Shown here: piece after piece, positions 1 to 10,414 of the stretch | How the letters are laid out: every line of letters starts with the position of its first letter | How positions within the stretch are numbered: position 1 is the first letter of the stretch | DNA from: Candidatus Multivoradales bacterium | GTDB lineage: Bacteria; Acidobacteriota; Thermoanaerobaculia; Multivoradales; JAHEKO01 | Reading direction: 5' to 3' | Length of the DNA stretch: 64,000 nt | Assembly (NCBI GenBank): GCA_965223155.1 | Contig: CBDCVR010000014.1 | Location: 256,001 to 320,000, forward strand | Program-made: the position numbers and the translations under genes | Notes under the pieces: generated by a model | Seen by the model: the letters and a program-made list of their open reading frames with translations, nothing else | The model's database searches: none | Told to the model about the DNA's origin: nothing

Positions 1-627
1 TCGCTCCTTCGTCCCTCGCCTGTCCCGTCTTCGGGGAAGACTCAGGCCGGCGGTCAGCAGAGCGGCTACCAGAAAGCAGGCCGCATCCACGACCAGCGTG
101 GCCGTAAGACCCGTCCAGAGCAAGAGCTCCGCGCCCAGAATCGGACCGACGATGAGAAGCAGGTTCGAACTGATCTGCTCGACGCCGTTGGCCCGTGGCA
201 GTTGTCCGGACTCCACCACGAGCGGGACCGAGGCCGCCTTGGCCGGTTGGAAGAACGCCGCCGCCACCGAATGCAGGGCCGCGGCCACGAAAATCACCGG
301 CAAGGTGGGCCAGGTGAGAATCGTCACCGCCAGAACCATCCGGGCCAGCGCCGAGCCCGCCAGGACCGCCCGCTTGCTCACCCGGTCCACGAGCACGCCG
401 GCGAAGGGCGCCGCCAGCACTCCGGGCAGAGCCTCGAGCAACACCAGGCCCGCCAGGACCGCCACCGAGTCCCGCTCGCGAAAAAGATAGAGCACCAGCG
501 CGACTCGGCTGATCTGGGTGCCGACGACCGAGAAGGCCTCGGCCAGCCACAGTCGGCGGAAGGAAGCGTTGGCGAGCACCTGCCGCCAGCCGCGATCGGC
601 CCAGGCCTCACTCGCGGACGGCGTCAC
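1..627 (-). CDS. MFS transporter (efflux-type), 3' part runs off the window edge
   Basis: Manual translation from GTG at 627 gives ...VLANASFRRLWLAEAFSVVGTQISRVALVLYLF...APFAGVLVDRVSKR (MFS motif A-like) with successive hydrophobic helices; no stop before position 1. Confidence 0.85.
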   Translation of the reverse strand, partial: MTPSASEAWADRGWRQVLANASFRRLWLAEAFSVVGTQISRVALVLYLFRERDSVAVLAGLVLLEALPGVLAAPFAGVLVDRVSKRAVLAGSALARMVLAVTILTWPTLPVIFVAAALHSVAAAFFQPAKAASVPLVVESGQLPRANGVEQISSNLLLIVGPILGAELLLWTGLTATLVVDAACFLVAALLTAGLSLPRRRDRRGTKER

Positions 628-660
628 GAGGAGCTCTCCCCGGCCCTCGGCCGCCCAAGA

Positions 661-700
661 GAAAACGACACTCGAGGGAGCAAGGCTCCCTCGAGTGTCG
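661..700 (-). terminator. Rho-independent terminator between the HEAT-repeat gene and the MFS gene
   Basis: Perfect 16-bp stem CGACACTCGAGGGAGC / GCTCCCTCGAGTGTCG with a 3-nt loop, followed by TTTT on the minus strand. Confidence 0.8.
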
Positions 701-742
701 GTGGGCGCGGGCGCTGCGACCCGGCCCCTCGGTCATTACCGG

Positions 743-1933
743 CTACCTCGGGTAGTCACGCACGTGCCTACCCGGCTCGTCCGCCACTCCGTCGAGATCG
801 GAGTCCACCTCGCCCAGCACGGTCGCGTGGGCCGGCAGGTAGTTGAGATCCACGACGCCGTCGCCGTCCCAATCCACCACCTTGCCCTTGAACCTGCCAT
901 TGACGAACCCGTTGGTGAGGGGTCCGACCACCGGATGGTGCAGGGTCGAGAGGATCGAGTTGCCCGGGAAGAAGAACTCGCCGCCGCTGTTCTCGATGCG
1001 TTCGAGATTGACGAACGACCAACCCTGGAACAGCCCACGCACGTATTCGATCGCCTTACGGCCGTCGACCTGCATGTCCTGATTCAGGAACCACTGTCCC
1101 TGACGGGCGAAGGGGACGCTGACGTTGTCGACCACGCCGGCCGAGGGGTCGTTGGCCTTGCCCGAAAGGAAGATCGGCCGATCGGTGACGGTCTCGAAGT
1201 AGAAGTTCCCCTGCAGAGGATCGCTGAGCTCGGTGAAGCCCTTGAAGAGGAACGCCTCGTAGTGCTCGGAGCCGTCGTCGTTGAGTCCGGTCAGGGTCTT
1301 GGCGACCACGACCTCGTCGTCCCGGGTGGCCATGTTGTTGCAGGCCAGGGCCTGGCCGAAGACGCGCTTGAGCATCTGCGGACTGATCAGCAGATGGCCC
1401 CACATGTCGTTCGAGGGACCCAGCTTGATGTACAGGTTGCAGGTGATGTGGAGATAGATGGTCTGATCGAAGGTGCGGCCCTCGTGGTAGCGGAACGCCC
1501 GCTGCCGGCGAAAGTCTTCCTCCACCCAACCCATCTCCCAACCGAAGACGTTGGCCCACTCGCGTACGCGATGGTCGCCATCGGTGACGAGCTCACGGCC
1601 GATCGCGGCGGTCTCCGAGCTGGGCAGCCACTCCAGGGCCCACAGCAGGTTGACCCGCAGGTCCGTGTCCTCGTCTTCGAACAGCGCCCGGCGAATCTCG
1701 GGTAGGGCCTTGACGCCGTTGCGCGCCAGATACTGGTATAGGGCGTGCTCCCGCATGGCGGGATCCGGCAGCGTGCGCCCGTCGCGGATCAACTGCTCGT
1801 CCGACCGACTCTCCAGGCTGAGAGCCGCTTGGGCGATCATGTCCTCGAATCGAGTCGTCGGATCTCCGAAGCGGACGTCCTCGATTTGCTTGAAGGCAAT
1901 CTCGTTCTTCGCCACTCCGACAGTCTTCAGCAT
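743..1933 (-). CDS. HEAT-repeat-containing protein of unknown function with C-terminal DxDxDG motifs
   Basis: ATG at 1933 with GAGGA RBS. N-terminal HEAT-like helices (DPAMREHAL, DTDLRVNLLWAL, DHRVREWA), then a beta-rich body and DWDGDG / DSDLDG near the C-terminus. Confidence 0.7.
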   Translation of the reverse strand: MLKTVGVAKNEIAFKQIEDVRFGDPTTRFEDMIAQAALSLESRSDEQLIRDGRTLPDPAMREHALYQYLARNGVKALPEIRRALFEDEDTDLRVNLLWALEWLPSSETAAIGRELVTDGDHRVREWANVFGWEMGWVEEDFRRQRAFRYHEGRTFDQTIYLHITCNLYIKLGPSNDMWGHLLISPQMLKRVFGQALACNNMATRDDEVVVAKTLTGLNDDGSEHYEAFLFKGFTELSDPLQGNFYFETVTDRPIFLSGKANDPSAGVVDNVSVPFARQGQWFLNQDMQVDGRKAIEYVRGLFQGWSFVNLERIENSGGEFFFPGNSILSTLHHPVVGPLTNGFVNGRFKGKVVDWDGDGVVDLNYLPAHATVLGEVDSDLDGVADEPGRHVRDYPR

Positions 1934-2186
1934 AGTGTCCTCACTTTCGTTGAGTTCGGGCGCTCCCGGTGCCGGTCCCTGTTGCCGTGGCATCGACGAC
2001 GCTCTTCACAAGCGGCGCCGAGAGCTTTCGTACATCTAGTTCGATTTCCATCCAGGCCGCGGTCGCCGTCTGAATCCTGCCGGGTCTCAGCCTGTCCAAA
2101 CAACGATCGCAACTGTCCAAGCGCCTCTCGGTGCTCTCCTTTCTCGAGGTAACGCCGTATAGATATCGTCGGCTCCGCTCTGGGGG

Positions 2187-2203
2187 CTTCTCCTGTATTG
2201 CCA
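2187..2203 (-). promoter_or_regulatory. Cluster motif copy (TGGCAATACAGGAGAAG), putative AraC-type operator
   Basis: Matches the 17-bp motif seen upstream of five other cluster genes; lies in the intergenic region upstream of the HEAT gene. Confidence 0.6.
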
Positions 2204-2289
2204 TTCTGGAAACATGGCCGCTCCGAGGCTCGAACTAGCCAGCGGCCTTGTCCTCCATCGGGCCCTCCGTCGAGTCCTCGATCGGACCC

Positions 2290-4617
2290 TCATTGGGGCC
2301 CTCGATCGCGCCCGCGAGAAGTGGACACCAGCAGGGCACCGTCCTCGACCGACACCACGACCGTTCGCACGCCCGGTTCGCTGCCGGGCTCGCCGTCATC
2401 CAGCAGCAGCCCGGCCAGAGGGTCCACGACCTCCCGCTCGAGCGCGCGGCGCAGACCCCGAGCCCCCACTCCGGGGTCTTGCCGCGTCCTGGCTACGAGC
2501 TCTCTGCGCGCCGAGTCCTCCAATTGGATCTCGACGCCTCGGTCCCCGAGCCTCAGGTTCAGGTCCTCGATCATGAGGTCGGCAATCGCTTCGAGGTGCT
2601 CATCGGCGAGCGGCCGGAAGGGTACGACCCGATCGATTCGATTCAGGAGCTCGGGCCGAAAGCGTACGCTCGAGCCTCCGATCCAGCTCCTCGGCGGCTC
2701 CAGAATTCGCGTGCCCCGGCCGCCATTCCGAGAAGCCGATGGCACGGCCGCGGGACGCCAGCAGGCGGCCGCCCACGTTCGAGGTCAGCAGCACAACACA
2801 CTCGCGAAACATGGCCTGGGTTCCGTCGGCGTCGGTCAGGCGGCCGTCCTCGAGGATCTGCAACAGCAGGTTCTGGAGATCCGGATGGGCCTTCTCGACC
2901 TCATCGAACAGCACCACCGAGTAGGGCTGGTTGCGGATGCGCTCGGTGAGCCGGCCGCCGTCTTCGGAGCCCACGTACCCGGGCGGCGCGCCGATCAGCT
3001 TGGCTACCGAATGACGCTCGGAGTACTCGCTCATGTCGAGGTGCACGAGCGCGTCCTGCTCTCCGAAGAGAGCTTCCGCCAGCCGCCGCGCCAGCTCGGT
3101 CTTCCCGACCCCGGAAGGCCCAACGAGCAAGAACGAACCCATGGGGCGGCGGCGGTCCCGGAGTCCCACGCGGGATCTCCGGATGGCCCTGGCGAGAGCG
3201 GCGATGGCCGGATCCTGGCCGACGACGCGCCGGCCGAGCTGGGTCTCCAGGGAGGCCAGATGGGTCCGTTCCTCACGCGACAGGGCCCGAACCGGAACTC
3301 CGGTCATCTCCTCGATGACCTCGTCCACATGGCGCCGGCGCACGCGGATCGCCTCCCCGTCCTCCGCCTCATCGCGCGAGCGCCGCTCCTCCCACTCGAT
3401 GCGAGCCCAGGCCGCCGCCTCGTCGAGGACGTCGATGGCCTTGTCCGGAAGCTGGCGGTTGGGCAGGAAACGAACCGAACGGCTCACCGCGGCGTCGAGT
3501 GACTCGGGCTCGAAGCGCACCCGGTGAAACTCCTCGTACCGCGGCCGAATGCCGGCCAGAATACTCAGAGTCTCCGCCGCGGTCGACGGCGGCACCCGGA
3601 TCTTCTGAAACCGCCGTTGCAGCGCTCGGTCTCGCTCGATGAAGCGGCGGAACTCCTTGGCGGTGGTCGCCCCGATGCACGACACCTCGCCACGGGCCAG
3701 GACACCTTTCATGATGTTGGCGGCGTCCAGAGTGCCCTCGGTGGCGCCAGCGCCGATCAGGGTATGAACCTCGTCCACGAAGACGATCCATTCACCCCGG
3801 CTGACGACATCGAGCACACCCTGCAGCCGCTCCTCGAACTCGCCCCGGTACCGGGTTCCGGCAACCACCGCGGAGAGATCCAGGGCCAGGATCTTCTTGT
3901 TCCGAAGCGCCCGCGGCACCTGCCCCTCGTGAACGCGTTGAGCCAGCCCTTCGACCAGCGCGGTCTTGCCGACGCCGGGCTCGCCTACCAGGATCGGATT
4001 GTTCTTGCTCCGTCTCGACAGGACCTTGACCAACCGCGCGAGCTCGGTCTCGCGGCCGACGATCGGATCGAAGCGTCCCTCGGCGGCCAGCCCCACCAGC
4101 TCGCGTCCGTAGGGCGCCACCGCGATCTCATCGGCGTCGCCCGCGACCCGAACGGCCCGGCCGTCCGGGACCTCTCGGGCCACCAGAGCCACCGTGTCGG
4201 GCCGCAGGCCGTGGTCGCGCAGGGTCCGGCCGGCCCGGCACCCACATCGTCGCCAGCATGCCCAGAACCACGCACAGCGAGTCCACTTCGGCTTGCTGAC
4301 CTCGCCCTGGCCTCGGCGGCCGCCGCCTCCAAGACGTCGCGGCAGTTGGACGAGAGCGGCAAGGAAGCCGTCACCGCGATCGGTCGCAAGGCCCCCCGCC
4401 GGTCCAGCACCTCGGACAGAAGCCGGTCGGCACCGGCGCCGTGGTGCTCCAGCAAGGAGTCAACGGCGCCATCGCCGAGCCGGCAGAGACCCAGCAACAG
4501 GTCTTCCGAGCCCACCGCCTCCCGGCCGCCCCGGCTGGCTTCATAGCGGGCGAAGCGCAGCGCCCGGCGCATCGAGCGATCCAGTCGGCGTAGCGCCGCC
4601 GGTGCCGGCTCCCGCAC
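2290..4617 (-). pseudogene. ClpA/ClpC-family AAA+ ATPase, frameshifted (pseudogene or assembly indels)
   Basis: Clp N-repeats (EDLLLGL) in ORF 3985-4617; [32 protein letters not shown] and LFDEVEKAH in ORF 2600-4192; FRPELLNRID and GARGLRR in ORF 2290-2745. Frame changes near 4290, 4235 and 2662. Confidence 0.85.
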
Positions 4618-5841
4618 TAGCCCGTCACCTCGCTCGGGGCGCCGTCCGCCCTTTCACGACCACCGGCCGCCGGCACCCGTCCAATCGACACGCGGTCTCG
4701 GTAGCGGCCGAGGGCGTGCGCGGCGTGGTACAGCCCCTGCGGCTGGTGATCCGCCGGCGAGGTCTCCAGAATCGCCGCCGCCAGCAAGCGGACGGGGCGC
4801 ACCATCCAAGTCGCCCCCAGATCCTCCGGAGGCACCGCCAGGACCAGCCATTCGAGGGCGTGGCCGGTCGCGTAGACCAGCTCGGCGGGCGTGTCCGAAA
4901 CAGCCGATCCCCGGAACCCGGCGGCCGAGAACTCCCCGTTCGATTGCTGCAGCGCGCGGGTCTGGGCGACGAAATTCTCGAGATAGGCCTCGGCCCGGCT
5001 CCAGGCATTCCAAGCCGGCGCCGCCCAGGTCCCCTGGCTCGAACGGCTCGAATGGCTCGGATGACTCCGGTTTCGACGGGGCCCGCCGATGCCGCGCCAG
5101 CGCATAGGCCACGCCGTAGAGATGATGGCTGCCGCCACAGGCCTCCAAACGCGGATCCCGTTCCACGGCCCGGACCAGGAGTCTCTCCAGCGAGAAACGA
5201 TCTCCCTCGTCGTTCTCCCAGACCCGGCCGGACTCGAGATACGAAGACAACGCCGCGAGAGTCCAGCCCAGCTCCTGCTCCAGCCGGAAGGCTTGAAGCG
5301 CGCCGGCCAGGAGGTCTTCGACTCGCGCGGTCGTCGGCAGATTCCGCTCCACGGCTCCAAGGGCACGGTCCCGGCCGACTCCGTGCTCGCCCAGCACCAT
5401 GAGGTACTGGTCCGGGTGCGCCTCGATCGAACCGCCCCCGGCTCCGGCGGCCGGTCGCAGACAGCCCAGCCGCCGCTCGAACAGCGCCTGGCCCTCGGCC
5501 GCCGAGCCCGTCCGCAGGTACTCGAGACCTCGATAGGCTCGCCCGTCCCGGCCGATCACCGAAGCGCCATCGCCCAGCGCGAGAACGCCGTGGAGAATCT
5601 CCGAGACGGGAGCGCGATCGGCTCGGAGCGGCCTCTCCCGGACCCGGGCCAGCGCCCGATCCACGAGCGCGCCGGTATCGAGATCGGCATAGGCCGCATC
5701 CGGGGAGCGCCGGTCTCCAGGCTCGGCCGAGAGAGAGCGCCGGTCGGACACGGAGTCTCGCTCCGCCTCGAGGCGCGCGCCCAGCCACGCCCCCGCAGAC
5801 AGGACGATCAGGCAAGCAAGCGCGGTCCGAGGCGACCTCAC
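4617..5841 (-). CDS. Exported helical protein of a planctomycete-type conserved family, one frameshift near 5008
   Basis: N-terminal signal/TM segment with EAHPDQYL and EACGGSHHLYGVAYAL in ORF 4654-5841; it continues as AWSRAEAYL...QQSNGEFS...ATGHALEWL...GLYHAAHAL in ORF 4617-5366. Confidence 0.6.
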
Positions 5842-5853
5842 CGCAACCCCGGA

Positions 5854-6864
5854 TCAGCCCGGCAAGGGTCCGAGAATCACCTTGTCGTAGGCGAAGTTCG
5901 TCAGGGGCGACCCGGTCTCCCAGTCCACCTTGGTCGGATCGCAGAAGCAGAGCACCGCGACGTCGTGCGCCACGAAGTACTTCCCGCCAGGCGCCGTGAG
6001 ACCTCGGAAGAAGCCTCCTTCCCGACCCGCGATCGGCTGCCCATGCACGAACTTGGCCGGCGAGCCCCGATACTGGCCGACCATGTCCCAGCGAACGGCC
6101 TGCGCTTCGTCGCCCTTCAGGGTCACAGGGACCGTGGCGATGGTGTAGAGCGCCGTGTTCCGGAGCGCGCCATCCAGCTCGGCGGTGAAGAAGTCCCGGC
6201 GGCGCAGGTTCGCATGGGCGTCGAAGATCGACTTCGCGCCCATTTCGACGCGGGTGTGCCGCGCCAAGGCGGCCAGGCCGTCGCGGGGCTCGTCGGACAC
6301 CTTGGTGAAGACATCCTTGAAGGCTCCGAATTCCTCGCCTCCGCAATAGAAATAGGTCAGGCTGAGCGGCTCCTCCTCGGAGTCCCCAAGCGCCTTGGCG
6401 AAGCGGCGCGAAAAGGCGTTGGCGGCGATGCCCGGGCCGCGTTCTTCGAACGCTAGCCCCTCCCGAGCCTCGAGGTCGAAGACCAGGAGGTAGTGCGCGG
6501 GATCGGCTTGTCCCTTGCGCTGGGTCCTCTGCCCCACCCAGACGCCGTGCAAGGTCTCGTTGAAGGCTCCGGCGTCGGCCGCGTCTGCGGCCTTGGCGAC
6601 GTGCCGCGGCTCGTCACAGATCGAAAAATCCGTATCGAGCAAATACTTCGCCGTCTCTTCGGGACTCGCGGGATGCCGGGCCTCGGGAGCCGCGCCGCGC
6701 CGCGCCTCCGGGGGCGGCACTTCGGCCGAGTCCTCGGCCGGCGGGGCGCAAGCGGCGCCCAGCAGCGCGGCCAAGGCCATTCCCAGGACGGCCCCGCGGA
6801 CGATTCCGGCTCGTTGGTTTCGGAAAGATTGCTTCGAGAGTCCCGATTCGTTCAACTTACGCAC
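5854..6864 (-). CDS. Lipoprotein of unknown function (paralog A)
   Basis: GTG at 6864 after GGAGG; lipobox LLGAAC. Shares TLHGVWxG, YxxCGxE, FxKVS, PIxGxExGxFxG and KVxxGPL with 14863-15822. Confidence 0.75.
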   Translation of the reverse strand: MRKLNESGLSKQSFRNQRAGIVRGAVLGMALAALLGAACAPPAEDSAEVPPPEARRGAAPEARHPASPEETAKYLLDTDFSICDEPRHVAKAADAADAGAFNETLHGVWVGQRTQRKGQADPAHYLLVFDLEAREGLAFEERGPGIAANAFSRRFAKALGDSEEEPLSLTYFYCGGEEFGAFKDVFTKVSDEPRDGLAALARHTRVEMGAKSIFDAHANLRRRDFFTAELDGALRNTALYTIATVPVTLKGDEAQAVRWDMVGQYRGSPAKFVHGQPIAGREGGFFRGLTAPGGKYFVAHDVAVLCFCDPTKVDWETGSPLTNFAYDKVILGPLPG

Positions 6865-6960
6865 GCGACCTCCGTTTCTCGTCTCTAGGTTTGAACCCGA
6901 TCGATCTCTGCCTACTTTGATCTGGCTCCATCCAGGCTCCATCCGGGCTCAGCCGTGGGG

Positions 6961-6977
6961 CTACTCCGAGGTTGCGG
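6961..6977 (-). promoter_or_regulatory. Cluster motif copy (CCGCAACCTCGGAGTAG)
   Basis: Near-consensus copy about 100 bp upstream of lipoprotein A. Confidence 0.5.
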
Positions 6978-7078
6978 ATTTCCGCGATTGACGCCTGGAT
7001 CCGGGATCCCGGCACTCCTATCGCCGGTTGAGAGGCCAGTGGAAGGCAGGCGCAGGAGCCCCCGTGGGAAAGCCAGTT

Positions 7079-7095
7079 CAGCAACCTGGGAGAAG
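7079..7095 (+). promoter_or_regulatory. Cluster motif copy (CAGCAACCTGGGAGAAG) with -10-like TAGCGT 20 nt downstream
   Basis: Consensus match upstream of the NTF2 and beta-propeller genes. Confidence 0.65.
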
Positions 7096-7264
7096 CTGCC
7101 GGTAGGGCAACGTCGTAGCGTCACGAACAATCCAACCCGCAAGGCTCACCGGGTCCCCGGTCGTCGACCGGTGAACGAGCCGATCCGGCGGCGAGGAGAC
7201 GTTAGACAAGCTGGGCGATATACCCAGAACGCAAGAAAAAGATTCTTCCAGGAAGGAGTCAGCG

Positions 7265-7891
7265 ATGACAAAGAGAGTTTCCAAAGCTGGCAGCGTCGCT
7301 TCGGCAGTCGCGATCTTGGTGGCCTGTTTCGTCGCCGCGCCGGTCGCCGCCGAACCGGATCCCGTGCAGTGGGACGCGCAGGCATCGAAGGAAGTCGCCG
7401 CAGCTCTGCACGAGATGCACGAAGTCTGGAACACCGGCGACATCGCCGCGCTCAAGGAGCTCCTGATCGGGGACGACGTGCTCGTCACCTTCGAGCTGGA
7501 TCCCGAGACGCACGAGCCGATCCGTTTGACTTCGAAGCAGGACCTCGACCGGTTCGTGGACGGCATCGTCACCGATCTGGACAAAGACCAGGCGGTGAGC
7601 CTGCTCGGCGACCCAGTGCTCAACTGCCGGGCCACGGCCAATTTCGGGGTCTGCACCGAGGAGTGCTCGGTGTCGGTCAAGACGCCGGACGGCGTCGAAG
7701 AACGGCATCGCCTCTGGTCCACCGCAACCGCCGTCAAGCAGGACGGCGGCTGGAAGTGGATCCAGTGGCACATGTCGATCGGTGGACCGGTCGAGCGCTA
7801 CAAGAACGGCGAGCGCGTCGCTTCCGTAGGCCGGTACACGTTTCTACCCGCAGGAGCTCGACTCGGCGCACCGAACTCGAAGGTCGAGTAG
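7265..7891 (+). CDS. Exported SnoaL/NTF2-fold protein
   Basis: AAGGAG RBS, signal peptide (APVAA), WNTGDIAALKELL helix and C-terminal DGGWKWIQWHMS, typical of SnoaL_3/NTF2 folds. Confidence 0.75.
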   Translation: MTKRVSKAGSVASAVAILVACFVAAPVAAEPDPVQWDAQASKEVAAALHEMHEVWNTGDIAALKELLIGDDVLVTFELDPETHEPIRLTSKQDLDRFVDGIVTDLDKDQAVSLLGDPVLNCRATANFGVCTEECSVSVKTPDGVEERHRLWSTATAVKQDGGWKWIQWHMSIGGPVERYKNGERVASVGRYTFLPAGARLGAPNSKVE

Positions 7892-7940
7892 GGCCCCTGA
7901 GCGCGCTCCAAGGGGCGCACCACCCAAGCGAGGAGATCCC

Positions 7941-9884
7941 ATGAGCGATCGATCCAACAAGCCCACCGCAACCCGACCCGGTCCACCGAGCGGCTACCGT
8001 GCCTTCGTACGATCCTCGATGGTGATCGCGGCTACGGTGGCGCTTTCGACGCTGGCCTGCACCAACGCCGGCAACGGCAGCGGAAACGGCGACCAGGGCG
8101 CCGGCGCCACCGCCGCGGCTACCGGCGGCAGCACTTCCGCAAGCCTGGCGGGGGGCACCGGCAAGGGACCGTGGTTCCGAACCCCTAACGGTTTCGCGGT
8201 CGAAGCCAACGGCCACATCGTAGTCGCCGATCTCGGCCGGCGAGCGATCCTCCGGGTCGATCCCGCCAACGGCAACCGGTCGATCGTCTCGGACGAGACC
8301 ACCGGCAGCGGACCCGAGCTCCAATCCCCGCTCAATATCGCGGTCGAAGCCAGCGGCACGCTTGCGGTTACCGACTCCGGCTTGCAGGCGGTCGTTCGAA
8401 TCGACCCTGCCTCGGGCGACCGAACCGTCGTCTCGGACTCCAGCCAGGGCAGCGGCCCCGCCTTTCAGTCGCCTCTCAACATCGACGTCGAGCCAAGCGG
8501 CTCACTCGTGGTGACCGACTTCGGACTCCTGTCGGTGGTTCGGGTGGATTCCTCGAGCGGCGATCGCACGATCGTGTCCGGCCCTCACCAGGGCTCGGGC
8601 GTCAAGTTCTCGGCTCCGCGCGGCATCGCCGTCGACGCCAGCGGCGGCTTGGCGGTCGCCGACTTCGGCCTGGACGCCGTCCTGCGAGTGGATCCCACCA
8701 GCGGCGACCGCACCGTCGTCTCTGACGCCTCGACCGGAAGTGGTCCGGCCCTTGACGGTCCCGCCGGCATCGACGTCACCTCCGGCGGCGACTTCCTGGT
8801 CTCGGATCTCGCCACCAAGGCCCTGATCCAAGTGGACGCGAGCACCGGCGATCGCACCACGATCTCGGACGCCAACCACGGCAGTGGGTCCGACTTCCTC
8901 TCGCCGATGGGTGTCGCGACCGCCGCCTCGATGCCTCTGGTCCTGGATTCGGGACTCGAGGCCATCGTCCAGGTAGACCCCAGCAGCGGCAACCGCGCCA
9001 TCGTGTCCCAGAGTCACGAGACCGGCGATCCGGCCTTCGCCATTCCCGTTGGGATCGCGGTCGAAGGCAGTGGGGATCTGGTGGTCGCGGACGCCGGGCT
9101 CAACGCCGTCATTCGCGTCGACGCGGCCACCGGCGATCGTTCGGTGGTCTCCGACGCCAGCCGCGGCTCGGGCTTGCCGCTCGAGGGCCCCGACGGCATC
9201 GCGGTCGAAGCCAGCGGCAGCTTGATCCTCGTCGAGGGCGGCGCCGGCCAGGTGGCGGTTGTCCGTATCGATCCCCAAAGCGGTGACCGCACGGTCGTCT
9301 CCGACTCCTCGACCGGTTCGGGCCCGGATCTCGAGACTCCCTCGGGCATCGCGGTCGACGGCAGCGGCCAGCTCCTCGTCGTCGACGACGGCCTGGACGC
9401 AGTCGTCCAAGTGGATCCCGCGACCGGCGACCGTTCGATCGTCTCCGACCAGAGCGTCGGCACCGGACCCGACTTCGAGTCCCCGCCGAATCTTGACGTC
9501 GAGTCGGCCGGATCGCTCGTGGTCACGGACTCCGCCCGTATCGCGGTGTTCCGCGTGGACGTCGCCTCCGGGGATCGATCGATCCTGTCCGATTCTTCGA
9601 CGGGGTCGGGACCCGATTTTCAGTCGCCCCTGGATCTCGCCATCGAGAGCTCGGGAGGTATCTTGCTGACCGACTTCGGGCGCAAAGCCGTGCTACGGGT
9701 AGACCCCACCAGCGGCGACCGGTCGATCGTGTCCGACGCAAGCACGGGCAGCGGCCCTAACTTCCAGGCCCCGCTGGATCTAGCCGTCGAGGCGAGCGGC
9801 GACATCGTGGTCGTCGACGCCGGACTCGAGGCTGTCGTCCGAGTCGAGGCGTCGACGGGAGATCGGGCGATCCTCAGTCAGTAG
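7941..9884 (+). CDS. Lipoprotein with 12 NHL-like repeats (two 6-bladed beta-propellers)
   Basis: Lipobox LSTLAC; 12 repeats of ~48 aa (SGPxFxSPxGIAVEASGxLxVxDxGLxAVxRVDPxSGDRxIVSD). Confidence 0.85.
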   Translation: MSDRSNKPTATRPGPPSGYRAFVRSSMVIAATVALSTLACTNAGNGSGNGDQGAGATAAATGGSTSASLAGGTGKGPWFRTPNGFAVEANGHIVVADLGRRAILRVDPANGNRSIVSDETTGSGPELQSPLNIAVEASGTLAVTDSGLQAVVRIDPASGDRTVVSDSSQGSGPAFQSPLNIDVEPSGSLVVTDFGLLSVVRVDSSSGDRTIVSGPHQGSGVKFSAPRGIAVDASGGLAVADFGLDAVLRVDPTSGDRTVVSDASTGSGPALDGPAGIDVTSGGDFLVSDLATKALIQVDASTGDRTTISDANHGSGSDFLSPMGVATAASMPLVLDSGLEAIVQVDPSSGNRAIVSQSHETGDPAFAIPVGIAVEGSGDLVVADAGLNAVIRVDAATGDRSVVSDASRGSGLPLEGPDGIAVEASGSLILVEGGAGQVAVVRIDPQSGDRTVVSDSSTGSGPDLETPSGIAVDGSGQLLVVDDGLDAVVQVDPATGDRSIVSDQSVGTGPDFESPPNLDVESAGSLVVTDSARIAVFRVDVASGDRSILSDSSTGSGPDFQSPLDLAIESSGGILLTDFGRKAVLRVDPTSGDRSIVSDASTGSGPNFQAPLDLAVEASGDIVVVDAGLEAVVRVEASTGDRAILSQ

Positions 9885-9890
9885 CGTCGG

Positions 9891-10265
<375 letters not shown>

Positions 10266-10414
10266 ACTGCACCGTCCTTTCTGGCATCGCGCCGTATCCG
10301 TCCCCGAGCTCGAAACCGCAGGCGCGGGGGCCTGAGCTCACACCGGCTACCGGCTGGGGCCACCCATCTGAGCTATCGCGGGCGACTCCCCCCGCAACCG
10401 GACGCGCGGTTCCG

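Noticed and set aside
2600-4300. Programmed ribosomal frameshifting in the Clp gene
   Set aside because: Three separate shifts with no slippery heptamers; decay or sequencing error is more parsimonious.
8160-9880. Regularly spaced ~144-bp DNA repeats that could be taken for a CRISPR or other non-coding array
   Set aside because: They are degenerate, in-frame protein repeats of the propeller lipoprotein, with no unique spacers and no cas genes.
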